From: Heptranchias perlo
Lineage: Eukaryota
Direction of reading: 5' to 3'
Assembly: GCF_035084215.1 (NCBI RefSeq)
Contig: NC_090354.1
Span: 12,152,001 to 12,216,000 of the forward strand
DNA: 64,000 nucleotides
Shown here in pieces: positions 38,211 to 50,462 of this stretch; the first letter of the stretch is position 1; the number at the start of each line of letters is the position of its first letter. Below the pieces are notes generated by a model that was not told the origin of the DNA, made no database searches, and was given only the letters and a program-made list of their open reading frames with translations. Both the position numbers and the translations under genes were made by a program.

Positions 38211-39079
38211 CTGCAAAAAAAAATGAAGAATAATTTTCAGAGGTGAGGTGGGGAGAAACGTTTTTTTTACACAGCGAGTTGTTATGATCTGGAATGCACT
38301 GCCTGAAAGGGTGGTGGAAGCAGATTTCAAAAGAGAAATGGATATGTATTTGAATTGGAAAAATTTGCAGGGCTCTGTGGAAGAGTAGGGGAGTTGGACT
38401 AATTGGATAGCTCGTTCAAAGAGCCTGCACAGGCTTGATGGGCCAACTGGCCTCCTTGTGTCCAGTAAGATTCTATGATTCTATGAACAGACTCACTGTC
38501 TGTAATAAAAAATAATTCCCTTCAATTTTTCACCTGAAGGTGGTACTAATACTGGTGTTTGGTTGCATTGTTGCCCAAATGGCCATTCTTCATGAATGAG
38601 CATGGGCAGCGAGGGTCAGCGGGTTATTCTATCGCGGAGTTTCACAGCTGAGCTGGCTCCTTGCCTCACCCCACATCCGCACATACACACTTTCAAGTAA
38701 ATGCTGTCTTTGGAATGCATACAAAAAAAGCATCTACCAGAAAGGGATATATTATAGAAAGGGCATTTTTAAGAGGGGGGGGGGGTCCAGATTATTTCCT
38801 GGCCCCACAAAAATAATATCAAATTTCCTTGGCTGGGCCCCCTCTCCACTATCGTGGTGTATGACGCACACTCCAATCATTTCCAACCTAATCTGACAAT
38901 CAGGGCCTATGACCCCAATTTGCATATCGAAATGGGCCTGCCACCTGAAACAGGCAAGCGTTTCGGGCCCCTTTCAAAATGGCACCGGCCGCATCATCGG
39001 GCTTAACGGACCCCATTTTGAGGCCGTTACCACCCTGTTGCCGCCGGGCAATACAAGTTAAAATGGACCCTCTAGGTTG

Positions 39080-39460
39080 AGACATCTCATGAAATTCTAA
39101 CAGGACTAGACAGACTAGATGCAGGGAGGATGTTCCCGATGGCAGGGGTGTCCAGAACCAGGGGTCACAGTCTCAGGATACGGGGTATGCCATTTAGAAG
39201 AGATGAGGAGAAATTTCTTCACTCAGAGGGTGCTGAACCTGTGGAATTCTCTACCACAGAAGGCAGTGGAGGCCAAGTCATTAGATGTATTCAAGAAGGA
39301 GATAGATATATTTCTTAATGCTAAAGAGATCAAGGGATATGGGGAAAAAGTGGGAACAGGGTACTGAGTTAGACGATCAGCCATGACCATTTTGAATGGA
39401 GGAGCAGGCCCGAAGGGCCGAATGGCCTACTCTTGCTCCTATTTTCTATGTTTCTATGAA
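39080..39460 (+). mobile_element. CR1 LINE 3' end
   Basis: SRTRGHSL..MRRNFFTQRVLNLWNSLP, then a TTTCTATG tail. Confidence 0.85.
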
Positions 39461-40322
39461 CTAGAACACACTGACTTGTCATTTCAGGATCAGACTTGAT
39501 GCCTGGTGCGACTTGCAATCTGAACTCCTGGTGTGCGGAAGAGACAGTGTTGATTGACTTTACACTTGATTCATGACTTCTGATATAGCTGCTTAGGAGT
39601 GGAGCTGTAAGGCATGTGACAGCTGTAACTGTCAGCACCCGTGGGTCGCACGGATCGAGAGAGGATCAGGAGTCAGAGGTGTGGCTGCTCTCTCTTCACA
39701 TCCCTGCGCATAAGTTCCAACTCAGAGGAAGCTGCCAGGAGAGAGTGGGGGGGGGTGGGAGATTGCTATTTCTAGTTCCGAGATCCTCAGCGCTATCTGT
39801 GTTCTCCGCATTTACCACAGTAGAATGACTGGACATCTAACATACCAAAGTGGCAATAACATTTTATTGTACGCCAATAAGGGTCCAAGAAACTTAAACA
39901 AATCAATATCAGATGATCAAAAAAAAGAAACATGCATCCTCCATAAGAGGAGTCAACACGCATTTGTGTATTTGGGGGGACACATATGATAGGAGAATGG
40001 GACATGGACACAGCTGAAGCTGAGGAGAGTTCCATGAGGAAACTGATATGGAAGGGTATGCCTTACTTTAAGCTGAGAATAGATAAGTCAGTTACAGAGA
40101 GGGAAAAAAACAGGCATTTTAACCAGTAACTCGGGCTTACAGCTGACAGGGAAAGTTGGAGGGACAATAATTACCAGGCAGTCAGCATTGTCAAGTGTGA
40201 CAATGCAATGCACACTGCTCCTCAGTCCTACCCACCCAATGTTGCAGGGCAATCAACGCCTAGAATTGAAAGCCCTTTAAGGCTCTTACGACATTCGACA
40301 GAGTTTCTCAGAAAATACTTAC

Positions 40323-40552
40323 CATTTAAAGATGAGGTTGAGCCAGTCTCCAATGACTGCCACCCAAATGAGTTTGACACCCACCACTTCACACAGGTGG
40401 AACCAGATGGGAAAGAAAACAAAAAAAGTGTTTCTCAGGTCCGCAGCAAAAGAGATAAAAGTGAACCAGCTCTGGGAGTCCTTGTAATTCAGCTGTAGAT
40501 ACTGCACCAGTTCTACCCCGGAGCTGTGGAGCAGGTCCATCCCAGCGTCCAT
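40323..40552 (-). CDS. G6PC1: G6PC1 copy A exon 1
   Basis: [13 protein letters not shown]...[18 protein letters not shown]...[12 protein letters not shown] (K76). 230 nt, donor GTAAGT. In-frame upstream ATG at 40561. Spliced total is 1074 nt = 357 aa. Confidence 0.95.
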
Positions 40553-40659
40553 TCTCTGCATGTTCAGAAACTGTCAAAGAGTCCAGCGAAGATGCCTGTC
40601 TCTCTTTGTTCTTCTCTTTGCCTCTTCTCAGTTTGTTGTCTGAAACTCTCTTCTATGGG

Positions 40660-40830
40660 TCAGTTATATACAACCACCAGCATAAACATGTGTGCAAAGA
40701 GTGATCTTTGGACTTGCAAACTTGACCCAAAGTCAGTGAACAATGTAACATTATTTCAAGCTGACGCAAGTGTGTTTAGAACATTCGCATTGAAAATGCC
40801 TTCGGTATCTGGCTTATTGATTCATCAAAT
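40660..40830 (-). promoter_or_regulatory. G6PC copy A promoter
   Basis: TATATAA 40664-40670; DR1/HNF4-type AGTCCAAAGATCA 40702-40714; CRE-like TGCGTCA 40762-40768; ONECUT-like AATCAATA 40815-40822. Same order as in the copy B promoter. Confidence 0.75.
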
Positions 40831-42559
40831 AATCTTTGGAATTGGACAATAAACAGCTGATTTTAGGTTTCTTCAGTTCAGCCAATTCAGTGCAATTGTT
40901 TTATTATATTTTTCTTTTCATCTTTATTAGACTTTGAAGTGACTAAAATCTCATTTTAATATTAACTACAAATGTGAAAGGCCCATACGGTTTGCAGTAG
41001 AGTATCTTGTAACTTCGTTATTAGCTTCTCTTGTGATCCTGGCCATAGCTCCATTGTTGCCAGAAGCAGCAGTTCAAACCTGAACCAGATAAATCAACGA
41101 GAAGAAGAATCGCTTTTTTGCGGTCACCACAGTTTCCAGTAACGAGGTTTCATTCTGCGGTGTTTACACTAGCCCTACAAATCTCAAAACTTAATCATTC
41201 TCCATTCTCTTCAGGTTTCACTGTGAGCAGGCACGTATTCTCTCTGGCTCTACATGGATTCTCAGTTTGGACATTTTTGGTTTTCTTTTTAATCCTGATC
41301 ATTTAATGTTTGATTTTGATTGAAGTGTATTTTTAAACAGCTCTATCTAAGATTAAAGATGCACATAACGGCCCCTCGGTGGCCTGACGTTCTCCCCCTC
41401 CAATTCTTTCTGGTCCGTTCCTGACTCAGGCAGGGTGAAGTCCCATAATTTCACAATGTGAGCCTAGATGGTGACACATACTTCCCAGCAAGTATCGTTA
41501 GATAATGACCAGGAATGGGAGCTTTGGCCAAATGTTCTCCTCCTTAGCTCAGGGATACTGAGACCAATAGTTACAAGCATTCTCCTGCCCCGATAAGAGA
41601 GCAGCTAAACACAGCCTGTCAAACCTGTGAACCCTTTAATCTGTAGGGCTGTGCATTTGCCAAATAAGCCATCATATGTCTCATATAAGAGATGTTTTTG
41701 TAATGAATTGGATAAGATGTCTATCTCATAACTATTAGAGATGTTTTACAGCTCTAATAACTCGAATTAACACTAAATAACAGGTTCCCCATTAGAAGTG
41801 AGTAGGATACATTTTCTATGGATGCTTATATAAGCTTGTGTTGGGGGTTAAATCTTGAAGATTTAGGAATAGGACTGTCCATGTGGCATGAAGAAGTGTT
41901 TAAATTTGGTGCTGCAATACTGACACTGTGCAGCAGGTGGCTCTTGACAGTCCATACAGATAGCCCCACAAATGAGGAACATGCAAAATAGGCAGGCTCA
42001 GCTGTGCAGTAAGGGTCTTCTGAAACTGCAGTGTTCCCACTCCTGATTACTGTTCAGTGGCCTCCTGCTGAAAGCAGTGTGTGTGGACAATAACCCTTAA
42101 TCTGCAAACTTGGAAATCAGGGGCACCCGGCTAAAAAAATCAGGGGCAAATGGTCAAAATCAGTGACACTTTCTTTAATTATGCAAAGCATTTTGAATAT
42201 TCAAATAATTTGACATTTTCTTTATCAGCAGATTAAAATATAAAATCTGTTGAAATGGGTGTTTTTAAAGTTGGGACCCAAAACAATTGAAATCGTCAAT
42301 CCTAACATTTTCTGGCTCAATTAAAAAAATAATAATACTTATATTCAGAGAGCTCCTTATGATGTGGAAATATCTCCAAGTGCCTCACACAATTAAGTAG
42401 TTTTCAAGTGTAGGGACTATGGGCAAACATAACAACATCCTTCAGGTAACCAACTAAACTGAGATGCTGTTTACCTGTGACTTCACCCCTCCCTAATTTT
42501 TCAACCTCCTCCAGGCCTACATCTCTGTCTGAATCCACCACCCTTCTAACAAAAGAATA

Positions 42560-43015
42560 TAAGAACATAAAAAATAGGAGCAGGGGTAGGCCATACAGCC
42601 TCTCAAGCCTGCTCTGCCATTCAATAAGATCATGACTGATCTTCAACCTCAACTCCACTTTCCCGCCCGATCCCCATATCCCTTGATTCCCCTAGAGTCC
42701 AAAAATCTATCTATCTCAGCCTTGAATATACTCAACGATTCAGCATCCACAGAGAATTCCAAAGATTCACAACCCTCTGAGTGAAGAAATTCCCCCTCAT
42801 CTCAGTTTTAAATGGCCAACCCTTTATCCTGAGACTATGCCCCCTAGTTCTAGACTCTCCAGCCAGGGAAACAACCTCTCAGCATCTACCCTACCTCTGA
42901 ATCTTGTCTGTTTCAATGAGATGACCTCTCATTCTTCTAAACTCCAGAGACTATAGGCCCATTCTACTCAATCTCTCCTCATAGGACAACCTTCTCATCC
43001 CAGGAATCAAACTAG
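42560..43015 (-). mobile_element. CR1 LINE 3' end
   Basis: Tail TAAGAACATAAAAAATAGGAGCAGG plus an antisense RT C-terminus. Confidence 0.8.
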
Positions 43016-43313
43016 TTCAAGATTGAACTTGAACTCAAGAACCTTTGGGCATCATTCAAGTGGACCACCTCAGGACTTTCTCCAGGGCTTGATATCCCCC
43101 TCTATTTGAGGGGACTTAAAACTAGGCACAATATTCTAAACATTGGTCTACTGTGAGTTAGGAACATACAAAAAGGACAGGGGATGACTAACTGATCCAC
43201 CCAGCCTGGTGCAGCCAACATGCTCCATCAATCCAACCAGTCACACAATCTCATAGGAGAGGCAAAATAAAAACATGGAAAAGAACCTTAGACCAATTTC
43301 GGAAAATAAACTC

Positions 43314-43543
43314 AAAATCAAAATAATGCAGATGCTGGAAGTCTGGAATAAAAGCAGATAATGCTGGAAATACTCAACAAGTCAGGCAGCATCTGTGGAG
43401 AAAGAAACAGAGTTAATGTTTCAGGTCGATGACCTTTCGTCAGACTGACGAAAGGTCATCGACCTGAAACGTTAACTCTGTTTCTTTCTCCACAGATGCT
43501 GCCTGACTTGCTGAGTGTTTCCAGCATTTTCTGTTTTTATTTA
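43314..43543. mobile_element. Near-perfect fold-back element of a second Penelope-type family, with hammerhead cores at its centre
   Basis: Arms about 43347-43443 and 43445-43541; 13-bp TSD GGAAAATAAACTC at 43301 and 43544. Core CTGACGA-A-AGGTC-ATC-GACCT-GAAA-CG-TT at 43445-43473. Confidence 0.85.
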
Positions 43544-43659
43544 GGAAAATAAACTCTTCTCCGACCCCAAATCAAACAAGCTCCAGGAGACTGAGAAGCT
43601 GATATCAAGAATTACAACTACCTTCTCCCCCCTTTCATAACTGAAGATATCCTCGACTC

Positions 43660-44880
43660 TCAGTAACTCATCAAACTCCCTTTTCAAGTGAATCCATTCT
43701 TAGTGCATTTTTTGCTCATTTATTCCAGCGGTCTGTGAAAATAAATACTTCCTAATATCTAACCTAACTCTACGTTTTTGTATTTTATACTGATGCCCCA
43801 CTTCTCCCAATCCTATCTACTAAAATATCCTATTCATCTGAACAGAATTTATTCCCACCATCATTTTAAAAACCTTAATTATATCACCTCAAAGTCTACA
43901 TTTCTCCAATGGAAAAAAAAACTGTTCCCTGAGACTATCCTGATAGTCAAGAACCCTCAGGTATCATTCAAGTGGATCTCCTCTGGACTTTCTCCAGAGT
44001 CTCGATATACTCCTCCATGTGAGGGGACCAAAACTGGGCACAATATTCTAAATATAGCCATACCAAGTCCTTGTATAAGGTAAGTATTGCATTTCTAGTT
44101 TTATATGGAACTGCCCTAGCAACACACCCTAACACTTTATTCACTTTCCCTCTGGCCTCGTGACATTGGTTGTCGACTTTTCAATGTTTTGTCAACTACA
44201 ACCTCCAGATCCCTTTCCTGTTCTGTCTTCTACAGTGGATAACCCTGTATGGTTTACACATGCCTGGAATTACCGTGGCCCAAATACACCACACTATATT
44301 TATTCACAGTGAAGGTTTGCCACATATGGGACCATTGCTTTAATGTAACCGGATCAGCCTGCAGTCTATTAAATTCACCTACATTCCTAACTACCACAAA
44401 CAACTTTGCATAATCAGCCATCTTAAGAATTATTCCCTCGATGCCTTCATCCAAAACATTGATAAATTTGGTGAAGACTAATGGTCCCCAACACAGGGCC
44501 TCACCAGTTACCAAACCCAATACAAAGCTACTTCCACCAATTGCCTACCATCAGCCTATGAGACTGTAGCCAATTTGCTATCCACAGTAAAATCTGCTCA
44601 TCAAGCCCACAGGATGAAACCTCACTGAACAGTCTTCTCTGCAGTGTTTTATTGAAGACCATCTTTGGAAATTGAGAGACACAACACCTACAGGGCCAGC
44701 TTTGTCAGCTCTTCAAAAAATTCGACCAAGTTAGTGAGACAGGACCTCCCTTTCAAAAAGCCTTGTTGGAATCTTCTAAAAATTGTCACACTTTCCACGT
44801 GGTTGTACAGTGCATCTCTAATAGTGTCTTCCAACAACTTATCCATAGTCAAACTAACTGACCTATAATTCCTAAGTTCT
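43660..44880 (-). mobile_element. Degraded CR1 RT fragment
   Basis: ORF 44254..44520 (GPLVFTKFINVLDEG...ADYAKL) and a YRSVSLT..VGKLLE-like motif near 44830-44870. Confidence 0.7.
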
Positions 44881-47047
44881 GACCTCAGGCCTTGATGAGC
44901 TGTTAAATATATTAGCCAGTGGCTCGTAACACAGCCCTTGTTTCTTTTGGTGCTCTAAGGGTGAATGGCATTAGGTAGAGCAGCCCAAGCGGAATTCCTG
45001 CTGTCAAGAGGGAGCTCACCAGTGCAAGGGCAGAAAATCCCAGTAGTGTTGCAGTGGGGACACTGCACATGCACCAAAAGATCCAGTGAGGGAACTTAAA
45101 GGGGCAGAAGCACCCAGACCATCTGAAAGAAGATTCCCATTTTAACTTTTTGGCCAAGGTAGGTCTCTGGGGTTGACTGCAGGGAGAGGAGGCTGCTACA
45201 AGACCCTCTCCCTGCATTTGGGGAACTCTGGGCAGTTACTGCAGCTCCCAGGGTCCAACACTGCCTTTGCCACGGTTGCCCCGGGAGGTGTTAGTTATTA
45301 GGGTGGAAGCTGCTAATTGCACGTGGCGGGCAGGGAATAGCGGGCAATGCCAATCCTGATGTGAGCAGGGAGTGGGGGGGGGGAAGGGAAATCCCAGTCA
45401 GGGTGGTGAAGTGACTGTAGATTTGATAGCCTCGTATTCCTGCCATTTCCGCCACAGTCCTGCCTGAATTCTGGCGAGATTGTGACGGTAAATCCTCCCC
45501 ACCCCCCCCCCATCACCTTTTACTTTGATACAAGATACAATAAGATACAATAGATAGAAAGATAAATAAATACTTGGACATGACAGACAGGCAAGGCATG
45601 GGTGTACATCTATGATTCCCCACTAGGTGAATTTACAATCTTAACCAATGCCAACGCAGGGAAGCATGAAGCAGAGAATAGTCAGCCTGTGAAAAATCTG
45701 TGGACCAGTGGTCCTAATCTACTGTCATGGGCCTTCTAGCAATTGACTACAGAGTGGGATTAACAGAGGCCTAGGAACCGATCTACAGCCTGTACTCTCA
45801 GCTGGGGCTGTACATAGTGCTAGGAAATTAAAGGAGGGAAAGAAATTAATAAAACAAAAATACCACAAAAAATAAAAATACATGAAAAGTAAAACAGCAT
45901 CATTGCTTCCAAAATATTTATTATAATAAAACCTTGAAAACAAAACAATTACTCAATGACATGCACAGTGAAAAAGAACAAAATGGTGGCAATTTGTTAA
46001 TCTAGCTAATTGGTCTTCTAAAACACTTAACAATTGTTTTCTCCATGATAAAAACCACCTATATAAAATAAATAATCATCCACCCACAGACAGAAAAAAT
46101 GCTTTATCCCATTGTAGATGTAGTGCATTTGAGATATGTACATTTTCAAATCCTTGTATTACAGCACAAGTTTTGAATAGTTGGATCCCTGTAGAGAAGA
46201 AGCTCTTTACCAGAATTATCCCGTAGTGAGTAAAGTGTTCCCTTATCCAATTACTCATGTCAAACAAGATGTGTAGAACATGAACTGGTATGCAAGCAGT
46301 ATATCCTTTTTTTCCCTCACTGACTCATGCCCCACAGCTCCACAGGGACCAATATGCCTCCATTACCTTACCCATCTGGCCCTTCTTTCATGTGTAAGCA
46401 TATAGATTGAGCGGCAGCAGGTTATTCGATCATGGGGTGAATCACCTGCTGAATACGATCCTATCCTCATCCACACATGCATACTCCAGCTGCTTCAACA
46501 TAGAATAGGGATTGTACGTGAGACCTGTCTGATCTGAACGGGTCTGTAACACACCATGTGCACAGTTTCTCACTGGGTTATCAGGGGAGCTGCAAGTGTT
46601 CCCTTTAAACAAATAGCTTTATTGATACGGAGCCTATTGAAGGCAAACATCGGAGTACAAAACGTAACCCTTTATGCTCTCATTTTACCACACAGTAATA
46701 TGCAGGGTGACTGATATCTAGAGGGTTGACTTAGATAATATGCAACTGAATACAGGCACAGGATTACAAAACAAACAGGACTAATTAAAAATGCAACTGC
46801 TGGTCTGTGATGTAAGCAGTTCTTTCTCAGGAAACATCCGATGCATGTAATTTTTCTGGATCATCTGGGTAGTCACATGTCTAACAAAACCATTCTTTTC
46901 AGTGGGATCTGCTAGCCCTGTACCTTTGTCAGATTTGTTGAATTCAGATTCTGGCCCAAAGTACAACTAACCAAAGTCAAACTGATTTGATTCTTAGAGT
47001 GACTTCACTAAAAGCCCTTAACGTACAAATATTTCAGTTCTAGAAAT

Positions 47048-47559
47048 CTATAGCACTTTTTTCTCTTGTTGGTTCATAACGTGTGATGCAGAGAATGGAA
47101 TGATTGCCACGGCTGCCAGAGGCACTGCGGTACTTTTACAGAAGGATAATAAATAAAATAGGAATTCCTTCTGTGTTGGGGGCTTCACCGAGTCAAACAG
47201 GTGCAGGACAATCAACGACGCCACAATGCAACTTAGTCTGAAGCTGAACTGCTGGCCCCTCTTTCCTTTGCAGCTTTCTACATACATGGGGGAGTTGAGA
47301 GCTAATCCCAATCCAAACAAGGCTCCCAGGTTCCTGACCAGTCCAGCGAAGGGAGTGCTGTCGATGTAGATCCACTCTGCTCGGGCGCACCATCTCTGGG
47401 CTTTCTCCATTGACCACAGCAGGTCCACTCCCAGCACTTTCAACAGCAGGTAAAAGCCCAGAGCGAAGGAAAACAGGAAGAGAGTGATCTTCAGATACTT
47501 CTTGAGGGTTGCGTTGTAGATTGCATTAATTCGACCAAACATTTCAGCCACAACCATTC
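47048..47559 (-). CDS. G6PC1: G6PC1 copy B exon 5
   Basis: GMVVAEMF...QQEKKVL*; KKxx motif. 512 nt, acceptor at 47560-47561. Confidence 0.95.
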
Positions 47560-48349
47560 CTGAACATAAAATAGTACAAAAGTTAACACTGAGATTGTAA
47601 AGACCAAGAAACCGTTGTGAAGTTTTGATATTGAACAAATATGGAACTCCTCTAGTCATTGACTTATAATTTATGACGAAGATTATTTGAGAAATGTATA
47701 GATTTAGTGAGTTGTGCTGAACCCAGTTGCTCGCAAATTAGCCAATGTCCTCTATCTTTAGCAGCAAAAATTGCATTGATATAGTGCCTTATCACGCTGG
47801 TCAGAAACATCTCAAAGCCATTTGCTACATTGAATTACTTTGAAGTACAGTGACTATTGTTACGTAGGCAGGCACTTTGCGCACAAGATCCCATAAACAA
47901 CAATGAGGTGAATGACCAGTTTATCCATTTTTGATGCTATTGACTCAACAATCTAATAAAACAAAGACTAGAGAAAAAAATATATCTGGTTTGGAATAGG
48001 ATTAAAGGTTAATTGGATCAGTGTAGTTAGAAATCATTAAACAGGCAAAATGGCTGCTCTGCTGCTGTGGTCAAGTAACAGATGACAAAAGTAACCTGTT
48101 GAAATAATGGAGATGTAAGAATAGACAAATATTCTGGAATATATGTTTTGATTCATTACTTTTAGTGGTCAGGGAAATTTTTTGCAGAACTTTCCATCAG
48201 GAGATTAAGTAAGTGGGGCAGAGTCCATGATAGGGCACATTGCTTGTTTTGGTCTGGGTCAAGAGTGGGCTTGATGGTTGAATGGCCATGTTTTATTATT
48301 GTAAACAATTTTACAACACCAAGTTATAGTCCAGCAATTTTATTTTAAA

Positions 48350-48388
48350 TTCACAAGCTTTCGGAGGCTACCTCCTTCGTCAGGTGAA
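48350..48388 (-). ncRNA. Minimal hammerhead ribozyme motif (sense to the G6PC copy B pre-mRNA)
   Basis: Exact reverse complement of 48660-48698. Confidence 0.75.
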
Positions 48389-48659
48389 CGATGTGAAATC
48401 TAAACTGGTCATTCACCTCATTGTTGTTTATGGGATCTTGTGCGCAAAGTGCCTGCCTACGTAACAATAGTCACTGTACTTCAAAGTAATTCAATGTAGC
48501 AAATGGCTTTGAGATGTTTCTGACCAGCGTGATAAGGCACTATATCAATGCAATTTTTGCTGCTAAAGATAGAGGACATTGGCTAATTTGCGAGCAACTG
48601 TGTTCAGCACAACTCACTAAACCTATACATTTCTCAATATATCTATACATTTCACATCG

Positions 48660-48698
48660 TTCACCTGACGAAGGAGGTAGCCTCCGAAAGCTTGTGAA
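48660..48698 (+). ncRNA. Minimal type I hammerhead ribozyme motif
   Basis: TTCAC-CTGACGA-A-GGAGG-TAG-CCTCC-GAAA-GC-TT-GTGAA: 5-bp helix I, intact core, predicted cleavage after CUU (48693). Confidence 0.8.
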
Positions 48699-49694
48699 TT
48701 TAAAATAAAATTGCTGGACTATAACTTGGTGTTGTAAAATTGTTTACAATTGTCAACCCCAGTCCATCACCGGCATCTCCACATCATGTTTTATTATGTT
48801 CTTATTTATAGTTAATGGATGCAACAATTGGAAGATTGAGTCGTGCTGAGGTAAACACTTTCTGTTACTGGCCTTATAACAGCATATGGAGTATTAACAG
48901 GAGCTCACTGAGCTGCCCCCACCCCCTGCCATTGTTTAGTAAGTTAAGGCAGTGGGTGGCTGGGCCATAAAAAACAGAGAAGGCCCAGATTCAAACCCCA
49001 ATCTGTGCTGAGTTAGCTGACCTCAGCTGGGATGTCAATAGGGCCACTTTACTTGGTTTCAGTGTTCCATGTGCGATAGGAGGAAATTGACCAGGGTTCC
49101 TGCTCCTGGTCATTATCCAACGACTCATGCTCGAGTGGTAGTGTATGGATGAGGACAGGATAGGGCTCAGTTGTGATGCAAACTGGCAGTCAAAGCTTAT
49201 TGTTAAGGCTCATAAGTTAAGAATGGTCATTTGGGCTAGGTACTGGTGGGTCTCCAGTGCCCATGGAACCCTGTCCCAGCAAGGAGTCAACACCTTCAGG
49301 AAAGGAGGAAGGGATAACATTGACAGTAAAAAAGAAAAGGAGAGGAAACAGTCTTATAAAGCCAGGCCCCATTCATTGAAGTAAGGCTCAAGAATAGTCC
49401 TTAGAACAGTAAGAAGTATATTACGAACATACGAAATTGACAGGCAGGAAAAGACCAGCTTGTCCATTAAGCCTGCCCCACACCATGATGGCCTCACATC
49501 TTCATGAAATCTTTCCAGGGACAATACTACAACACTTCTTTTTGTAAATAATATCTCAAATTATAAATTACAAATTTCCTTCATAGCTGGAACAGGATGT
49601 TGCACTGTTGTGTAAAAATCCTTCAATTCAGAATGAATAATTTGACGACTGCATAGAAATAGCACAAGAAATATTACACAAGTGCATTAACCAC

Positions 49695-50462
49695 AGCAAC
49701 GCAGAAAAGTGTAAAGTGATACATTTCGGTAGGAAGAACAAAGAGAGGCAATATAAACTAAAGGGTACAATTCTAAGAGGGATGCAGGAACAGAGAGATC
49801 TGGGGGCGCACAAACCGTTGAAGGTGGCAGGGTAGGTTGAGAAAGCGGTTAAGAAAGCATACGGGATCCTAGGCTTTATAAATAGAGCCATAAAGTACAA
49901 AAGCAAGGAGGTTATGATGAACCTTTATAAAACACTGGTTCGGCCACAACTGGAGTTTAGTGTCCAGTTCTGGGCACCGCACTTTCGGAAGAATGTGATG
50001 GTCTTAGAGAGGGTGCAGAAGAGATTTACTAGAATGATTCCAGAGTTGAGGGACTTCAGTTACATACATGGACTGGATAAGCTGGAATTGTTCTCCATAG
50101 GGCAGAGAAGGTTGAGAGATATTCAAAATCATGAAGGGCCTGGACAGAGTATATAGAGAGAAACTGTTCCCATTGACGGAGGGGTCATAGATTTAAGGTG
50201 ATTGGCAAAAGAACCAAAGGCAACATGAGAAACAACTTTTTTACACAGCGAGTGGTTGTGATCTGGAATGTACTGCCTGAGGGGGTGGTGGAGGCAGATT
50301 CAATCGTGGCTTTCAAAAGGGAATTGGATAAGTACTTGAAGGGAAAAAATTTGCAGGGCTACAGGGTGGGGAGCGGGACTAGCTGGATTACTCTTGCAGA
50401 GAGCCAAGACAGACTCGACAGGCCGAATGGCCTCCTTCCGTGCTGTAACCTTTCTATGATTT
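49695..50462 (+). mobile_element. CR1 LINE 3' fragment
   Basis: ORFs 49914..50156 and 50198..50530; closely similar to 12390-13233. Confidence 0.9.

Larger units (their letters stand above)
48298..48787 (+). mobile_element. Penelope-derived fold-back element carrying captured host DNA
   Basis: Arms 48298-48399 and 48649-48750; tail 48751-48787; 13-bp TSD CATGTTTTATTAT at 48287 and 48785. Interior 48401-48637 is the reverse complement of 47687-47923. Confidence 0.92.

Noticed and set aside
47560-47659. N-terminal extensions of ORFs 47048..47659 and 35479..36000
   Set aside because: Intronic read-through upstream of the exon 5 acceptors.
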